Shown here piece after piece: positions 29,165-41,788 of a DNA stretch of 64,000 bases; position 1 is the first letter of the stretch; every line of letters begins with the position of its first letter. The notes beneath the pieces were generated by a model. The model did not search any database. It was not told the DNA's origin and saw only the letters and a program-made list of their open reading frames with translations. The position numbers and the translations under genes are program-made. The DNA is from Eledone cirrhosa (lineage: Eukaryota). The DNA is taken from the NCBI GenBank assembly GCA_964016885.1, contig OZ024740.1, forward strand, positions 33,976,001 through 34,040,000, written 5' to 3'.

Positions 29165-29522
29165 AAGAATGAGAAATAAAATAGATTCTGGGGACGGGTG
29201 AGATGGAATTGGAAAAAAATATCTTTAGATAAAAATAACAGGTCCATTCATGTTGACATCTCTTGTGTGTGTGTATGTAATCATATTTCAAAAGTTTTTA
29301 TAATATGACTTATTGTTTCTTTTTATTCTATAAATAAGGATTGTATTATGATAACAAAATATGGCATCAATTTCATAGACAAGAAGGCTGATGCTGATAG
29401 CTTGTAGATTATTACACATCATTCACATTCAGGTTCTTGTTTTGATCTCCTACATATTGAAAGGAAATGAATATGACCAGGTATTTTTAATATCAACTAT
29501 TCAATCTTTTGTTCACTTTCAG

Positions 29523-29723
29523 GTAACAAGTCGTAAGGTTCGCCGATCATCATCAAATTATAACAAACCCATAGTATTACGTCGAAATCCTACTCGAAAT
29601 ACCCGAAGTCAATATAATTTGTCATTGTTAGCTCCTGCTACACGGCAACGAAGAGGTTCTGTGTCCTCATCTGTCTCCTCATCTTCTTCACTCTCATCTG
29701 TATCTCCTTCTGTTTCACCTGAG
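29523..29723 (+). CDS. CDCA7: CDCA7-like coding exon (basic and Ser-rich: VTSRKVRR...RRNPTRNTR...SVSPE)
   Basis: TTTCAG acceptor, GTAAGT donor, 201 nt, phase 0. Confidence 0.75.
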
Positions 29724-30969
29724 GTAAGTTGATGTCTTTCATTCTTTATTCATTACAGTTACTAGGTTGTGAGTTCAATTCTCGCACCGGATGATGTGTT
29801 GTTGCCTTGAGCAAGACAATTTATTTCACGTTGCTCCAGTTTACTTAGCTGTAGAAATGAGATAAGACTGGGGTCCCTATCATTAAATCACCCAAGACAC
29901 CTCCAACGAGATATACCTTGGAGGAGGCCAGCTAAACACTAGGTTCATAAATTAGGGGTGTATGTGTAAATATATATTACTCCAATCAACCCACCCACTT
30001 GCCCCAAGGCTACCCCAATGACCTGCCACCCCAGCATATAAACGCCCTTCCCCCATTTAGGCCATCAAGGGAAAGATGCCAGGCACACCCCACACCATCA
30101 CTTGCTTCAAAACCACCATGACCACCCCTTTCTCAGCAGTGTGATGTCTGTACCCATGTCTTACCCCCCCCCCCCCATCAATGCCTTCCCAGCTAGATCA
30201 TGAACATGAGCACCCAGTCCACTCTAATGATGTGCTGGTGCCACAACAAAAGCACCTAGTTCACTCTGTAATGTTGTGCTGGTGCCACGACAAAAGCACC
30301 TAGTTCACTCTGTAATGATGTGCTGGTGCTACCATTCTTGACTTGACTACTTAACACACCAAAAATATACATTAATTTCTTTGATATTGTCACTAGCCAC
30401 GTTTACTGAACCATGACACTCCCAATTTTTGACACAAAAACTCTATACCCAATCACATGATCACCCACAACCAATCAAATTGTACTTTAAACAGATAATA
30501 ATCTGAGCCACTTTTTTTTGCATAAAATGGAAAGAAACTTCCTAACCTGTCTCATGAAAGACACATCATTATATAGCCATCTAATTTAACTTTTGAAAAT
30601 CACCAAACTGTGAAACCAGTAAAGTTATTGTAAATAAATCTTCTTAAAGACTCCAATGCGTTTTCAACTTTTGCTTTTAGAAACATTGAGTGAGATCATT
30701 GTTTACATTCTGGTTGATTGCTAAGGCTTCAAAATAATGGAGAATTTCATCAGCCTCACTTTGGTGCAACTGGTAGTCCTTGGGTGACACTGTCAACATT
30801 TTCCTACCTAGGGGCTTTTATGCCCAATTTATTAGACTGTTTCATAGTCAAAAACATGTGTGTTGAAGCTTCTAACTGAGGTTAATTTTCAATAAATACA
30901 TATCTGCTCAATGTTTCCAAAAATAGATCATATGTATGTTTGTATATATATTATGTACAGATATATGTA

Positions 30970-31013
<44 letters not shown>

Positions 31014-31068
31014 AATATATGTGTATATATGTATATATCTTAATGAAAAAAAATTGATTTATTTGTAG

Positions 31069-31155
31069 AAACTTTTAGTTCGGTTTCCGTTCTTCAAAAG
31101 ACCAACACCTGATGTTGATTCCATCGATTTTATTGATGACACTGACACTGATGAT
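31069..31155 (+). CDS. CDCA7: CDCA7-like coding exon (KLLVRFPFFKRPTPDVDSIDFIDDTDTDD)
   Basis: TTTGTAG acceptor, GTAAGT donor, 87 nt, phase 0, open frame. Confidence 0.7.
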
Positions 31156-31638
31156 GTAAGTCTTTGTAAAACATTTATTTCTTTTGTGTAACCTTGATCT
31201 TAACTTCAGTCTATTAGAAATTATTATATAGTTCTCAACACAGTAATTTAGTTAGACTTGTAGGAGTTTTACTATTTTGACACAAAGGTCAATTAGTAAT
31301 TAGCAAAGTTGTTAGGGCACCAGATGAAAAATTACTCACTATTTGTTCTGACTCGTATCGCTCTGAGTTCAAATCCCATTGAGGTCAACTTTCCATTTCA
31401 TGTTTTCAAGGTTGATAAAGTACCAGTAAAATACTGAGGTTGATTCCTTCTCTTTGTCTCTTTCATTTACTCTCATAATTTCTCTATCTGGAAGAAACCG
31501 TCTGTCAAACTAGGAAAGATGGAATCTGCCAGGTTTCAAGACACGATAGTGCTCTCTACAACTCCGTGAAGAATTAAGGGCCCTTTACTAATAATATCTT
31601 GATATTTTAGATTCCACTGATTTCTCTGGTGGTGGTGT

Positions 31639-31676
<38 letters not shown>

Positions 31677-31723
31677 CCATATACAGTACCGATTGTGTTG
31701 TTATTTCTGTTTACCTTTTACAT

Positions 31724-31785
<62 letters not shown>

Positions 31786-31788
31786 AAG

Positions 31789-31837
31789 GCTTCTACAGGA
31801 CTAGAACTGTTTCATTCGAGAGAAATCATCAGGAAGC
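31789..31837 (-). ncRNA. Complete type I hammerhead ribozyme adjoining (TA)n
   Basis: Minus strand reads GCTTC-CTGATGA-TTTCTCTCGAAT-GAAA-CAG-TTCTAGTC-CTG-TA-GAAGC: stem I GCTTC/GAAGC, stem III ACAG/CTGT, triplet GUA. Confidence 0.72.
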
Positions 31838-32713
31838 TGAGCTTCCTTAATATTAAATATTTATACTCTGCTTTGTATTGAGTACCTTACTTACTGTGGT
31901 TACCCCCGATTGAACCTGGGATAAACTTATATATATGTAAACGTGGTTGGTATTAGGAAGGGAATCCAGCCGTAGAAAACCTGCCAGACTCCTATACGAG
32001 CAAGACAACCAATCTTGCTTCATGTGGGACAATTCCTGTCTAAACCCATGCTAGCGTGGAAGATAGACGTTAAACGATGATGATGATGGTGATATATATG
32101 CGTTCTCAAACGCAAGAACTGAAAAGGGTCATTATGTCCTGGGGAAGAGCAGGTAAAAAGTGAGATGAGCTGGGGTGGGGTGTTATTTCCACTAGGTATA
32201 AATGCTAATCTACCATACAGCTGATTGACTGTTATTTATTTTCTTTCATCAAAATGAATATGTATATGATAGTGAGGTATGTAGGGGGGACACATTTTCC
32301 TTAATTAGTCATGAAAATATTTTTATCATGGGCCCTATAAAAGCAATTTGTAGGCTGCATATTTGAGACACCCTGATATATGTATATGCATCTCAGACAC
32401 AGAAAACCTTATCCAATCAACCAACCCTCTAGAACTATTCCTTTCTCTGTATACTTCAAAAGTTCAGAGCTGCCACTATCAATGTAGGATCAATTTAAAG
32501 ATTATAGAGTTACTAGAGTGACAGCATGTAGATGTGTGTTGCATGCAAGAGACTAGGTGCAGAGGAGCATTATCCATGTTCATTATTGAGAAGAAACAGT
32601 ACTATAAGTTCTTCTGGCTAGGAAATGATCTTGTATTGGGAGGTGTAGGTATCCTGCTGGGAAGAGAAGGTAATTGACGTGGCTAGGGTGAGCGATAGAA
32701 TTGTTAAGCTTAA

Positions 32714-32929
32714 CCCTTTAGCATTTAAACCGGCAATATCCGACCATAATTTTTTCACCTTTCTTTTCAAACTGGCCATAACAGGCCACTCATACTTATG
32801 TTAAGGTATTGTTCTCAAACTAAATAATATCAAAATCTTGTAGATTCGTTATGAGATAATTATGTGAGGTAAAGCCTTTACTGCAAAAATATAACAACAT
32901 ATAAACATATATAGAGTAATGTTAAAGGG
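32714..32929 (-). mobile_element. piggyBac MITE
   Basis: TTAA-CCCTTTAGCATTTAAAC ... ATGTTAAAGGG-TTAA. Confidence 0.88.
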
Positions 32930-33435
32930 TTAAACTAATTCTGGGTAAGACAACTGCAGCAATTATCTCTGCATATGCACCTAAATCAAGACTGACAGAT
33001 GTACTGAAAGAACAATTATATGAGACCCTTATCCAGACTAGTTCTTTAACAAGCAATGATGACTTAATAATCATGGCTGGTGATATTAGTGGACATGTTT
33101 GGAAGTGCTGTGATAGTTTCCATGGTGTACTCAGAGTATTTGGGTATGGTACAAGAAATAAAGAGGGATCGAGGCTCCTGGAGGGTTATGATGCAAAGGG
33201 TCTGACTATCTGCAACACTAATTTCCAAAAACCAACCAGCCATTTTTATCACCTAATAAGTCAGGTTAGCACAAAAGTCAGATTGATTTTACCCTCACCA
33301 GAAACTGAGACTAAACCTCCCCGAGGAGGAGTGTACAACCAAACATAACATAGTGATCAGTGACTTTAGATTCAGAGCTAGGCAAACTTGGAAACAGAAG
33401 GCAAGGTGGAAGAGAAGGACATAGAAGCTGAGGAA

Positions 33436-33730
33436 GCCCCCATGACTTTCGGAAACATTTTTTCACGCTTAGAGTTGCTGAAGCATGGAACAAACTGCCT
33501 GCATCAGTTGTTAGCTGCCGAGACACTGCATCATTTAAAACCCTCATGCTTCCCGAAATTAGCCAAAACTACACCTGATGTCCTCCTTGCATACACATGC
33601 ACACATATGTATATCATGACTCATGCACTGTTCATTTTCCTGACGTTTGTACATTACCCTATGTACTATACATACACTTTTGATGAGTTGTAGTGCACCT
33701 GAGCACTGTACACAATATTTTCATTATTAT
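33436..33730 (+). mobile_element. CR1/L2-type LINE 3' end
   Basis: Translates HDFRKHFFTLRVAEAWNKLPASVVSCRDTASFK, a typical CR1 ORF2 C-terminus, followed by a 3' UTR and ATT tail. Confidence 0.75.
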
Positions 33731-34064
33731 CATCATCATCATTTTACGTCCGCTTTTCCCTGCTTGCAAGGGTGGGACGGGAACTGATTCTGGCTTAATT
33801 TCTACAGCTGGATGCCCTTCCTAACACCAACCTCATTTACAGTGAGTGCTGGGTGCTTTTTTGCCGTGGCACCTCCACGACCACTTTGCAGTGGAATGAT
33901 AGGGACCCCAGTCCCTATCATCTCATTTGTACAACTGAGTAAACTGGAGCAATGTGAAATAAAGTGTCTTGCTCAAGGAAACAACACATCACCTGATCTG
34001 AGAATTGAACTCACAACCTTTTGATTGCAAGGCCAATGCTCTAACCACTAAGCCATGTGCCTCC
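33731..34064 (-). mobile_element. tRNA-derived SINE family 1
   Basis: Near-identical to 3812-4140. Confidence 0.88.
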
Positions 34065-36022
34065 ATTGGTGACAATTCCATGCAGCCCTGATTGATGCTT
34101 ATGACTATAAGGAAGATGAGTTAGAGACTGGCAGCTTAGAATACATTGGAGCTTCCTAATGTATAATCTGCTGAAGGCTACAGATAAGATCTGTGGGTGC
34201 TGTAAGGCCCCAGGGAGATGAAGAATGACATGGTGGTGGAATGAGGGTAGATGAGACATTAAAGTTAAGAAACAGGCATTGAAAGACTGGTAAAAAATGG
34301 GGCAAGCAAGGAATGGTAGTAAGAAGCAAGAAGAGAAGCTATGTGTCAAGTAGCTATGTTTTATGGTGTGAAGTGTTGAAGATTGCAAAACAATATGTGA
34401 GGGTAATCAATACAATGGTATGGAGATGCTTATGAAGGATGACAGCTGCATAAAGAAATGCAGGGTGCTTGAAGTCAAAAGAACCCTTGTGAGGGGAAGA
34501 CCTAGGAAAATACGAGATGATTTGAAGATCAATCTCATGCAACTGAACCTCATAAAAGGGATGAATGAGAATTAAGAAAACTGGTGATATTCTGTAATAC
34601 AGAGAACTCGCCTTCCCATGCATTAACCAATGCATATGTAGGAGAACTTTGAAAAGATTATACACTTTGAAACTGAGTGCATGTATCAATTACAGACTTT
34701 TAAACTAATATAGAGATAAAATTTTCTAGTGCTTCACAAGTTCAATACTCAATATACTCATACTCAATGTCTATGTAATATACATGGAGGCAATTTTGCT
34801 GCCTTAGCTGCCTCTATTTCTCCACAGAGCAGCTAAGGCGAGGTCTTTTGATGACATTTCTGGATGAGACATTATAAGCAGGGGAGATAACTTTATAAAC
34901 ATATCAATTAACTTTGATATAGCTTTACTTGCCGACGACCTGACTGGTTGTATTAGGTTACAGTAGCAGTCAAACTAATCAAAGAGTTATAACTAATAAA
35001 AGTATAAAATGATTCTGATAGATGGAGCTATTTGGCAGAGGTACACCACCACCACCATCCCCACCCATCATACCATCCCCACCACACCAGACCCATCCAT
35101 CACCACCCATCAAACCATACCACCATCGCCACCTCCACTTCTACCCCCACCACAGTACTACCTCAACCACATCACACATTATACATGTCTATCTATTTTT
35201 CATTGTGGTTTTACTATGTTAAGACAAGAGTTATGTCCCATGGACAGCTAAAAAAAAATTAACTGTTGACAACTGTGATAGAAAAGTGTAAATATTTAAC
35301 ATGCGACTCTAAACTACTAGTTTAACGAATCTACGAGTCTCAGCATTTTTATCACTATTTTAGAATAAGAATAGGTTGGAAGAAGTTACTTACCTATATT
35401 GACATACTAGCTAGAATAACAAGTTGGAATATTGTGTTAAAAGAACTTTTTCTGAAATGATATCAGCATCATCATAGTTTAATGTCCCTGCTAGCAAAAG
35501 TTTGATAGGCCATACGAATCAAGTCCTTAATTGTGGCTACTGATATGGACAAGGGGTTGCAATTCCTGCATCCTAAAGAGTATGCTGGGTGCATTTTATT
35601 GTGGCACCTGGGAAATTGTAAGATCTTTCACACAACTGAAGAGTCCTCACAACCCTTTGTTTGGAAAGTTCTTTATAGCTAGATGTCTTTCCTATCTTCA
35701 ACCACTTTACAGAGTGTACTTGGTACATTTTATCATATCACCAACACAAGAAAGATTGTTGCACCCTTGACACAGCTGAAGAGTTTTCTTATATCTTTCA
35801 ATAAAGTGAAAAAGTCAACCGATACTCCTCTGCTTCAATGATGTGTATTCCAGTTGTGTGATCTCTAGAGCTACTTCTTCATTTTTAGGACAAACGAACA
35901 AGTGTCAACTGAATCAAATGGAAAATGTATTGACAAATGCAATTCAATGTGTGTGTCTATGTAAGAATGAATGTATGTGTGTGAATGTCTACTTGTATGT
36001 ATGTATAGGTTTGTGTATATGC

Positions 36023-36059
<37 letters not shown>

Positions 36060-36064
<5 letters not shown>

Positions 36065-36288
36065 CACAGTCCACGCTGTGATGTGGCCGTGTAGGTAACA
36101 CAGTAAAAACTTCTCAGTCCACACTGTAAATGTGGTTGGTGTTAGGAAGGGCATCCAGCCGTAGAAAACCTGCCAGATAGTCCTATATGAGCGAGACACG
36201 GTCACCCGACCAACCTTGCCTCAAATTGGGACAACTCCCGTCTATCCCATGCTAGCGTGGAAGATAGAAGTTAAACGATGATGATGAT
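36060..36288 (+). mobile_element. RTE-type 3' tail fragment (A-related)
   Basis: Same core and (GAT)n tail as 3040-3392. Confidence 0.8.
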
Positions 36289-36292
36289 AGAG

Positions 36293-39200
36293 ATTTTGTT
36301 AGAGATGCCTACTGACTGTAGTAGGTTTTTACTTTGTATTTAGGTAAGGCGGGTCTTCTCTATTACTGAGTACCGCCAAAGGTCTCGGTCCAGTGACATT
36401 GTCTTGGAGAGGTGTAAGCGTGTGAGGTCGGAATTTATCAGCTCGTCCCATGTTTTTCTGGGTCTGCCTACTCCGTGGCTACCGTCTATCTTTATTGCCC
36501 TGCACTTTGTTATACAGCTGTCGTCTTTCATGCGCATCACGTGACCGTACCAATGTAGCCTTCTCTCGAGTAAACAACATCTGATCCCTCTTATTTCTAA
36601 TTTTTTCCTTAGTTCGTTTATGCTTTGCCGTTCACGTATATTACTATTGCACATCCAGCGGAGCATGCAAGCTTCGTTCCTCTCTAGTCTGCGTATATCC
36701 TCTGCACACAATGCCCAGGTCTCACTGCCATGCAGCATTGCTGTTCGTATGCAGGCATCGTATAACCTGCCTTTCATTTTTAGGGAGAACCCTCTAGCGG
36801 CTAATAGTGGTATAAGCTCTCTGAACTTTTTCCATTCAGTTCTGACTCTAGCTACTGTACTTTCAGAGCACCCTCCCCCACTGCTGATTTTGTCACCCAG
36901 GTAATGGAAGCTGTCCACTATTTCTATAGAACCCTCTGCGCAGTTGAAGGAGCTAGTATTTTGTGGGCACTTGCTGCTACTTATTGCACCAGAGCACCGG
37001 CCACATGTAAAATCTATGTTCTTAGTTAGCTTACCTGTGATCCCACTACATCTTTTATGCACCCATACTTTGCATTTGGGACATAAAATGGAGTTTCTAC
37101 TTACGCCTTTCCTACACACTGAGCATGGCCATTTCCCAGATGGGACTGCCGCCTTTTTTCTTTCCTACAAACTAGAACTTTAGTCTTAGCCAGGTTAATT
37201 TTAAGGCCTTTTGATTCTAGGCCGTGCTTCCATGTTTGGAATTTCTTCTCTAGTTCGGTCATTGATTCAGCTATGAGCGTTAGATCATCTGCGTATAGGA
37301 GTTCCCATGGGCAGCCGGTCTTGAACTCCTCTGTTATAGCCTGAAGGGCAATAATAAATAGTAGGGGGCTAAGAACAGAGCCCTGATGGACACCAACTTT
37401 TACGCTAAACACTTCACTATATTCGTTGTTAATTCTAACCTTACTGACTGTTTCTTTATACATGGCTTGTATAGCTCTCACAAGCCATTCGTCAACACCT
37501 AGTTTTCTAAGAGACCACCAGATAATGGAACGGGGGACTCTGTCGAAGGCTTTCTCCAAGTCGACGAAAGCTAAGTATAGGGGTTTACTTTTAGCTAGGT
37601 ACTTCTCCTGTAGTTGTCGTACAATGAAAAGAGCGTCTGTGGTACTTTTGCCTGAGACAAACCCGAACTGCATTTCATCTAGATCAATTCTCTCTCTGAT
37701 TAGTTGCGCTATTACTTTTTCCGTGACCTTCATGACCTGGTCGATTAATTTAATGCCTCTATAGTTACTCCTATCTAGGGCATCTCCTTTTCCCTTATAG
37801 CAGTTAACGATGATGCTGCTACGCCAGTCCTTCGGAACAACCCCATTCTGTACGACTTGATTAACTATCCGGGTGACCATGGTGTGTCTCACCGAACCAG
37901 ACGCCTTCAGCATCTCAGCAACTATTTCCGAAGGACCAGCCGCCTTACCCGTCTTCATATCTTTGATTGCCTTGCTTATTGTACTACCCTGGACTAACAC
38001 TGCTGGTCCCTCTATTGGGTCGATGTGGGGGAGACTGTCTTTCTCCCATTTGTTCTCCTCATTTAGAAGCCTTTCGTAGTGACACTTCCAAGCTACCTTC
38101 TTATCAGCGTCGGTGATGGCAAGTATGCCATCATCGTTAAGTACACACTTCTCCCCGACAATATCACGGTTTTCCTTGACACATTGCCTGGCAATCCTGA
38201 ACACCTCACGTTTTTGGTCCTCACGTTGTAGAACATGCTTGAACTTTCTTTCCTCTGCTTCCCTTCTTGCGAAGTACACTTGTCTCCTAGCTTCCCTCCT
38301 GGCCACTTGATAGTCTTCTCTACTTCCCCCATCCCGCCATGCTTTCCAAGCCTGCTTTTTGGCCTTAATTGACTCCTCCACCTTACTGTTCCACCACCAT
38401 GTTACTCTCCTCCTACCTACAGGCCTGCTCCAGCCACAGACTTCGTCTGCCGCCGTCAGCAGGTTTGCTCTCAGGAATTCCCACTGTTCCTCTATATTAT
38501 ACGACTCTAATTGATCTTCCTTACTGTCGAAAGCGTCAAGTAATATGCTTTGAAATTTATTTCTGGCTATGGGGTCCTTTAGCTTCCATATTTTTCTCCT
38601 GATGATAGTCCTCTTCCGCTGTCTAGTACGTCTCGTCCTGACTATGAGGTCGCTAATTATCAGTCTATGTTGGGAGGTGAATTCTTCATGGGGGAGGGAT
38701 TTAGTGTTAACAACAGACACTCTGTCACGTCTTCTGGTAAGGATATAATCTACCTGGCTTGTGTGTTCCCCCGATCTATAGGTGATCAAGTGATTGTCTC
38801 GTTTTTTGAAGTTAGTGTTACAGATAGTTAAGTTATTTGCGTCGCAGAATTCCAGGATTCTGGAGCCTTCCTCATTTCTAGTACCGAACCCATAGCCTCC
38901 ATGGATTCCGTCATAGCCGTCACAATGTTGTCCAACGTGACCATTTAGGTCGCCTGCAATAACTATATAGTCACTGTCGGTTATTTGGGAGGTAGCGAGC
39001 ATCAGTGTCTCGTAGAATCTGTCTTTTATAGCGCCGGGCAGTCCGGGTTGGGGTGCGTACGCAGATATTACTGTCACCGTAGTTTTATTGAGGACAAGTC
39101 TTATTTTAATTATTCTGTCGTTCACTCTATTTACGTCTATTATCTTATCTGCCCACTTTTCTGCTACCATGATTCCTACCCCACCCAACCCATTGTCATT

Positions 39201-39382
39201 TCCCACCCAGAAAAGCTTATAGCATCGTTCTTTACCCACGATGAATCTAGCCGACCCTCCCCTCCACTTGGTCTCTTGAATACAACAAACATCGACCTCC
39301 TTACGTTCAAGCATTTCTACAACCTCGTTAGAGCGACCCTTTAAGGTGCCTACATTCATGGAACCAACTCTGAAGTTTTGGA
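36293..39382 (-). mobile_element. RTE LINE subfamily 'A', whole APE-RT coding region with one frameshift (~37150)
   Basis: ORFs 37101-39382 and 36340-37119 overlap in different frames. The 3' UTR is truncated and the 5' end abuts TA. Confidence 0.95.
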
Positions 39383-39395
39383 TTATATATATATA

Positions 39396-39702
39396 TGGGT
39401 ACATGCTGAAGCATATAAACAATATGCCCCCCCCCCCACCGCAAGGTGGTCGTGGAGGTGCCACGGCAAAAAAGCACCCAGCCCACACTGTAAAGTGGAC
39501 GTGTAGGCGCCACGAAAAAGCACCCAGCACTCACTGTAAATGAGGTTGGTGTTAGGAAGGGCATCCAGCTGTAGAAATCAAGCCAGATCAGTTCCTGTAT
39601 GAGCAAGGCATGGTCAGCCGACCAGACACTGCCCACAACAGGACAACCCGTCTAACCCATGCTAGCGTGGAAGAACGGACGTAAAACGGTGATGATGATG
39701 AT
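39396..39702 (+). mobile_element. RTE-B 3' UTR/tail (5'-truncated)
   Basis: Essentially identical to 28168-28485. Confidence 0.9.
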
Positions 39703-39704
39703 AT

Positions 39705-39840
39705 ATAGGAAAAAAGTATGACCCCGACGGCAGAGCTCAAGCTGTTTCGACGGCTATTTCTGGACTGTAACATCAGTATGTCCAGAAATAGCCGTCGAAA
39801 CGGCTTGAGCTCTGCCGTCAGGGTCATACTTTTTTCCTAT
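39705..39840. repeat. ~136-bp near-perfect palindrome (Penelope-type half-hammerhead foldback)
   Basis: ATAGGAAAAAAGTATGACCC...GTTTCGACGGCTATTTCTGGAC-loop-GTCCAGAAATAGCCGTCGAAAC...GGGTCATACTTTTTTCCTAT. Confidence 0.88.
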
Positions 39841-39917
39841 TTCCCACTCTACTACCCTAAGTATTGAGTACTCAGGTGCGTTATGGTCCATCTGGTTCCT
39901 TACCACAATTCCTTTGT

Positions 39918-39949
<32 letters not shown>

Positions 39950-39981
39950 AGAGAGAGAGATTGCGTGTGTGTGCCATCATA

Positions 39982-40318
39982 TCATCATCATTTCATTTTA
40001 CGTCCACTTTTTCCCTGCTTGCAAGGGTGGGACGGGAACTGATTCTGGCTTGATTTCTACAGCTGGATGCCCTTCCTAACACCAACCTCATTTACAGTGA
40101 GTGCTGGGTGCTTTTTTGCCGTGGCACCTCCACGTCCTCTTTGCAGTGGAATGATAGGGACCCCAGTCCTATCATCTTATTTCTACAGCTGAGTAAACTG
40201 GAGCAATGTGAAATAAAGTGTCTTGCTCAAGGAAACAACACATCACTCGGTCCGAGTATTGAACTCACAACCTTTTGATTGCAAGGCCAATGCTCTAACC
40301 ACTAAGCCATGTGCCTCC
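39982..40318 (-). mobile_element. tRNA-derived SINE family 1
   Basis: Near-identical to 3812-4140. Confidence 0.88.
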
Positions 40319-40909
40319 ATATATATATTTATACATATATACATATAGAAAGAGAGAGTGATTGTGTATGTGTGTATACACACACACACACATACACACA
40401 CACATACACATATATATATTAATTTATTGATCAAATTGTTATTTTTATTAAGTACATAATAGCTGTTTCCAAATGACATATATAACCAGTTTGACACAGG
40501 TGTTTAATTGTTCTAATTAACTAATAAATTAGTGTTGATGCAATTATAGGTAGGTGTAGTACTGAATGTTTGTTACAAAGTTAAGGTAGAGGTAATTCTC
40601 AGGTGAGGAGAATAATTGAAGTTTATTGCTTGATAGTGGAAGTATAATTAGCGTTCAACTGAGAGGAACGACATTGAGATGGTGTTATTGTTTTTCTTTT
40701 CTCTTTACATAGAACTGCTCTGCATATGTTGAGATAACTGCAAGAACTCACTAATGTGAAATCTATTTGGCATTTGTTGATCAAGAGACAGTTTTTGCAA
40801 TATGAGGAAACTGTCTATAAAATACTTGATTAACAGTTCCCTCATGAATTTGAGATGGGTGGGTGCTTTTAGAAGAAAATAGTGGAAGGAGATTTCAGAA
40901 CATTATTAC

Positions 40910-41290
40910 TGAAGTTACGGCCCTTTATGGTCTGAGTTCAAATCTCGCCGAGGTTAACTTTGCTTTTCATCCATACGGGGGTCGATAAAATAAAGTACCA
41001 GTAATGCACTGGGGTGATTGCTGGCCTTGTGCCAAAAGTAGAAACAATTATTACTGAAGCAAGGGAGGTGGATTGGCAGTACTGGTAGAGTGTCGGACGC
41101 CATGCTTTGCAGCATAGAGTTACGCCCTTTATGGTCTGAGCATAGAGTTACGGCCCTTTATGGTCTGAGTTCAAATCCCACCGAGGTAAATTTTGCCTTT
41201 CATCCTTATGGGTGTCGATAAAATAAAGTACCAGTAATGCACTGGTGTGATTGCTGGCCTTGTGCCAAAAGAAGAAACAATTATTACTGA
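40910..41290 (+). mobile_element. Two tandem copies (one partial) of tRNA-derived SINE family 2
   Basis: GGATTGGCAGTACTGG head, GAGTTCAAATC B box, TTTGCCTTTCATCC..GTCGATAAAATAAAGTACCAG core, GTAGAAACAATTATT tail. Also at 53826-54016 and 31300-31445. Confidence 0.8.
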
Positions 41291-41398
41291 AGCAAGGTTG
41301 GGATACTGAAAATTAACAGTGGTTTGTAGAACCAGCCAAGCCTATGCTATACTCTTGCTTTTAAGAAAAGGGGGAGGCTGAAGTTATCATCATCATCT

Positions 41399-41788
41399 GG
41401 AGGCACATGGCTTAGTGGTTAGAGCATTGGCTTTGCAATCGAAAGGTTGTGAGTTCAATTCTCAGACTGGGCCATGTGTTGTTTCCTTGAGCAAGGCACT
41501 TTATTTCACATTGCTCCAGTTTACTCAGCTGTAGAAATGAGATGATAGGGACTGGGGTCCCTATCATTCCACTGCAAAGTGGTCGTTGAGGTGCCATGGC
41601 AAAAAAGCACACAGCCCACACTGTAAAGTGGACGTGTAGGCGCCACGGAAAAAAAGCACCCAGCACTCACTGTAAATGAGGTTGGTGTTAGGAAGGGCAT
41701 CCAGCTGTAGAAATCAAGCCAGAATCAGTTCCCGTCCCACCCTTGCAAGCAGGGAAAAGTGGACGTAAAATGAAATGATGATGATGAT
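41399..41788 (+). mobile_element. tRNA-derived SINE family 1, long variant with an extra internal module
   Basis: Same head and tail; contains the CCCACACTGTAAAGTGGACGTGTAGGCGCCAC module found in the RTE-B 3' UTR; inserted in a (CAT)n tail. Confidence 0.9.

Larger units (their letters stand above)
32460..34625 (+). mobile_element. Old, heavily degraded RTE copy interrupted by a piggyBac MITE, a CR1 3' end and a SINE
   Basis: Residual APE motifs (MAGDISGHV, ICNTNFQKP), WWN and thumb remnants collinear with the RTE-B ORF. Confidence 0.8.

Noticed and set aside
41399-41470. tRNA gene (also 4068-4140, 33992-34064, 40246-40318)
   Set aside because: A/B boxes are present, but each is fused to a SINE body and tail and lacks a proper acceptor stem.
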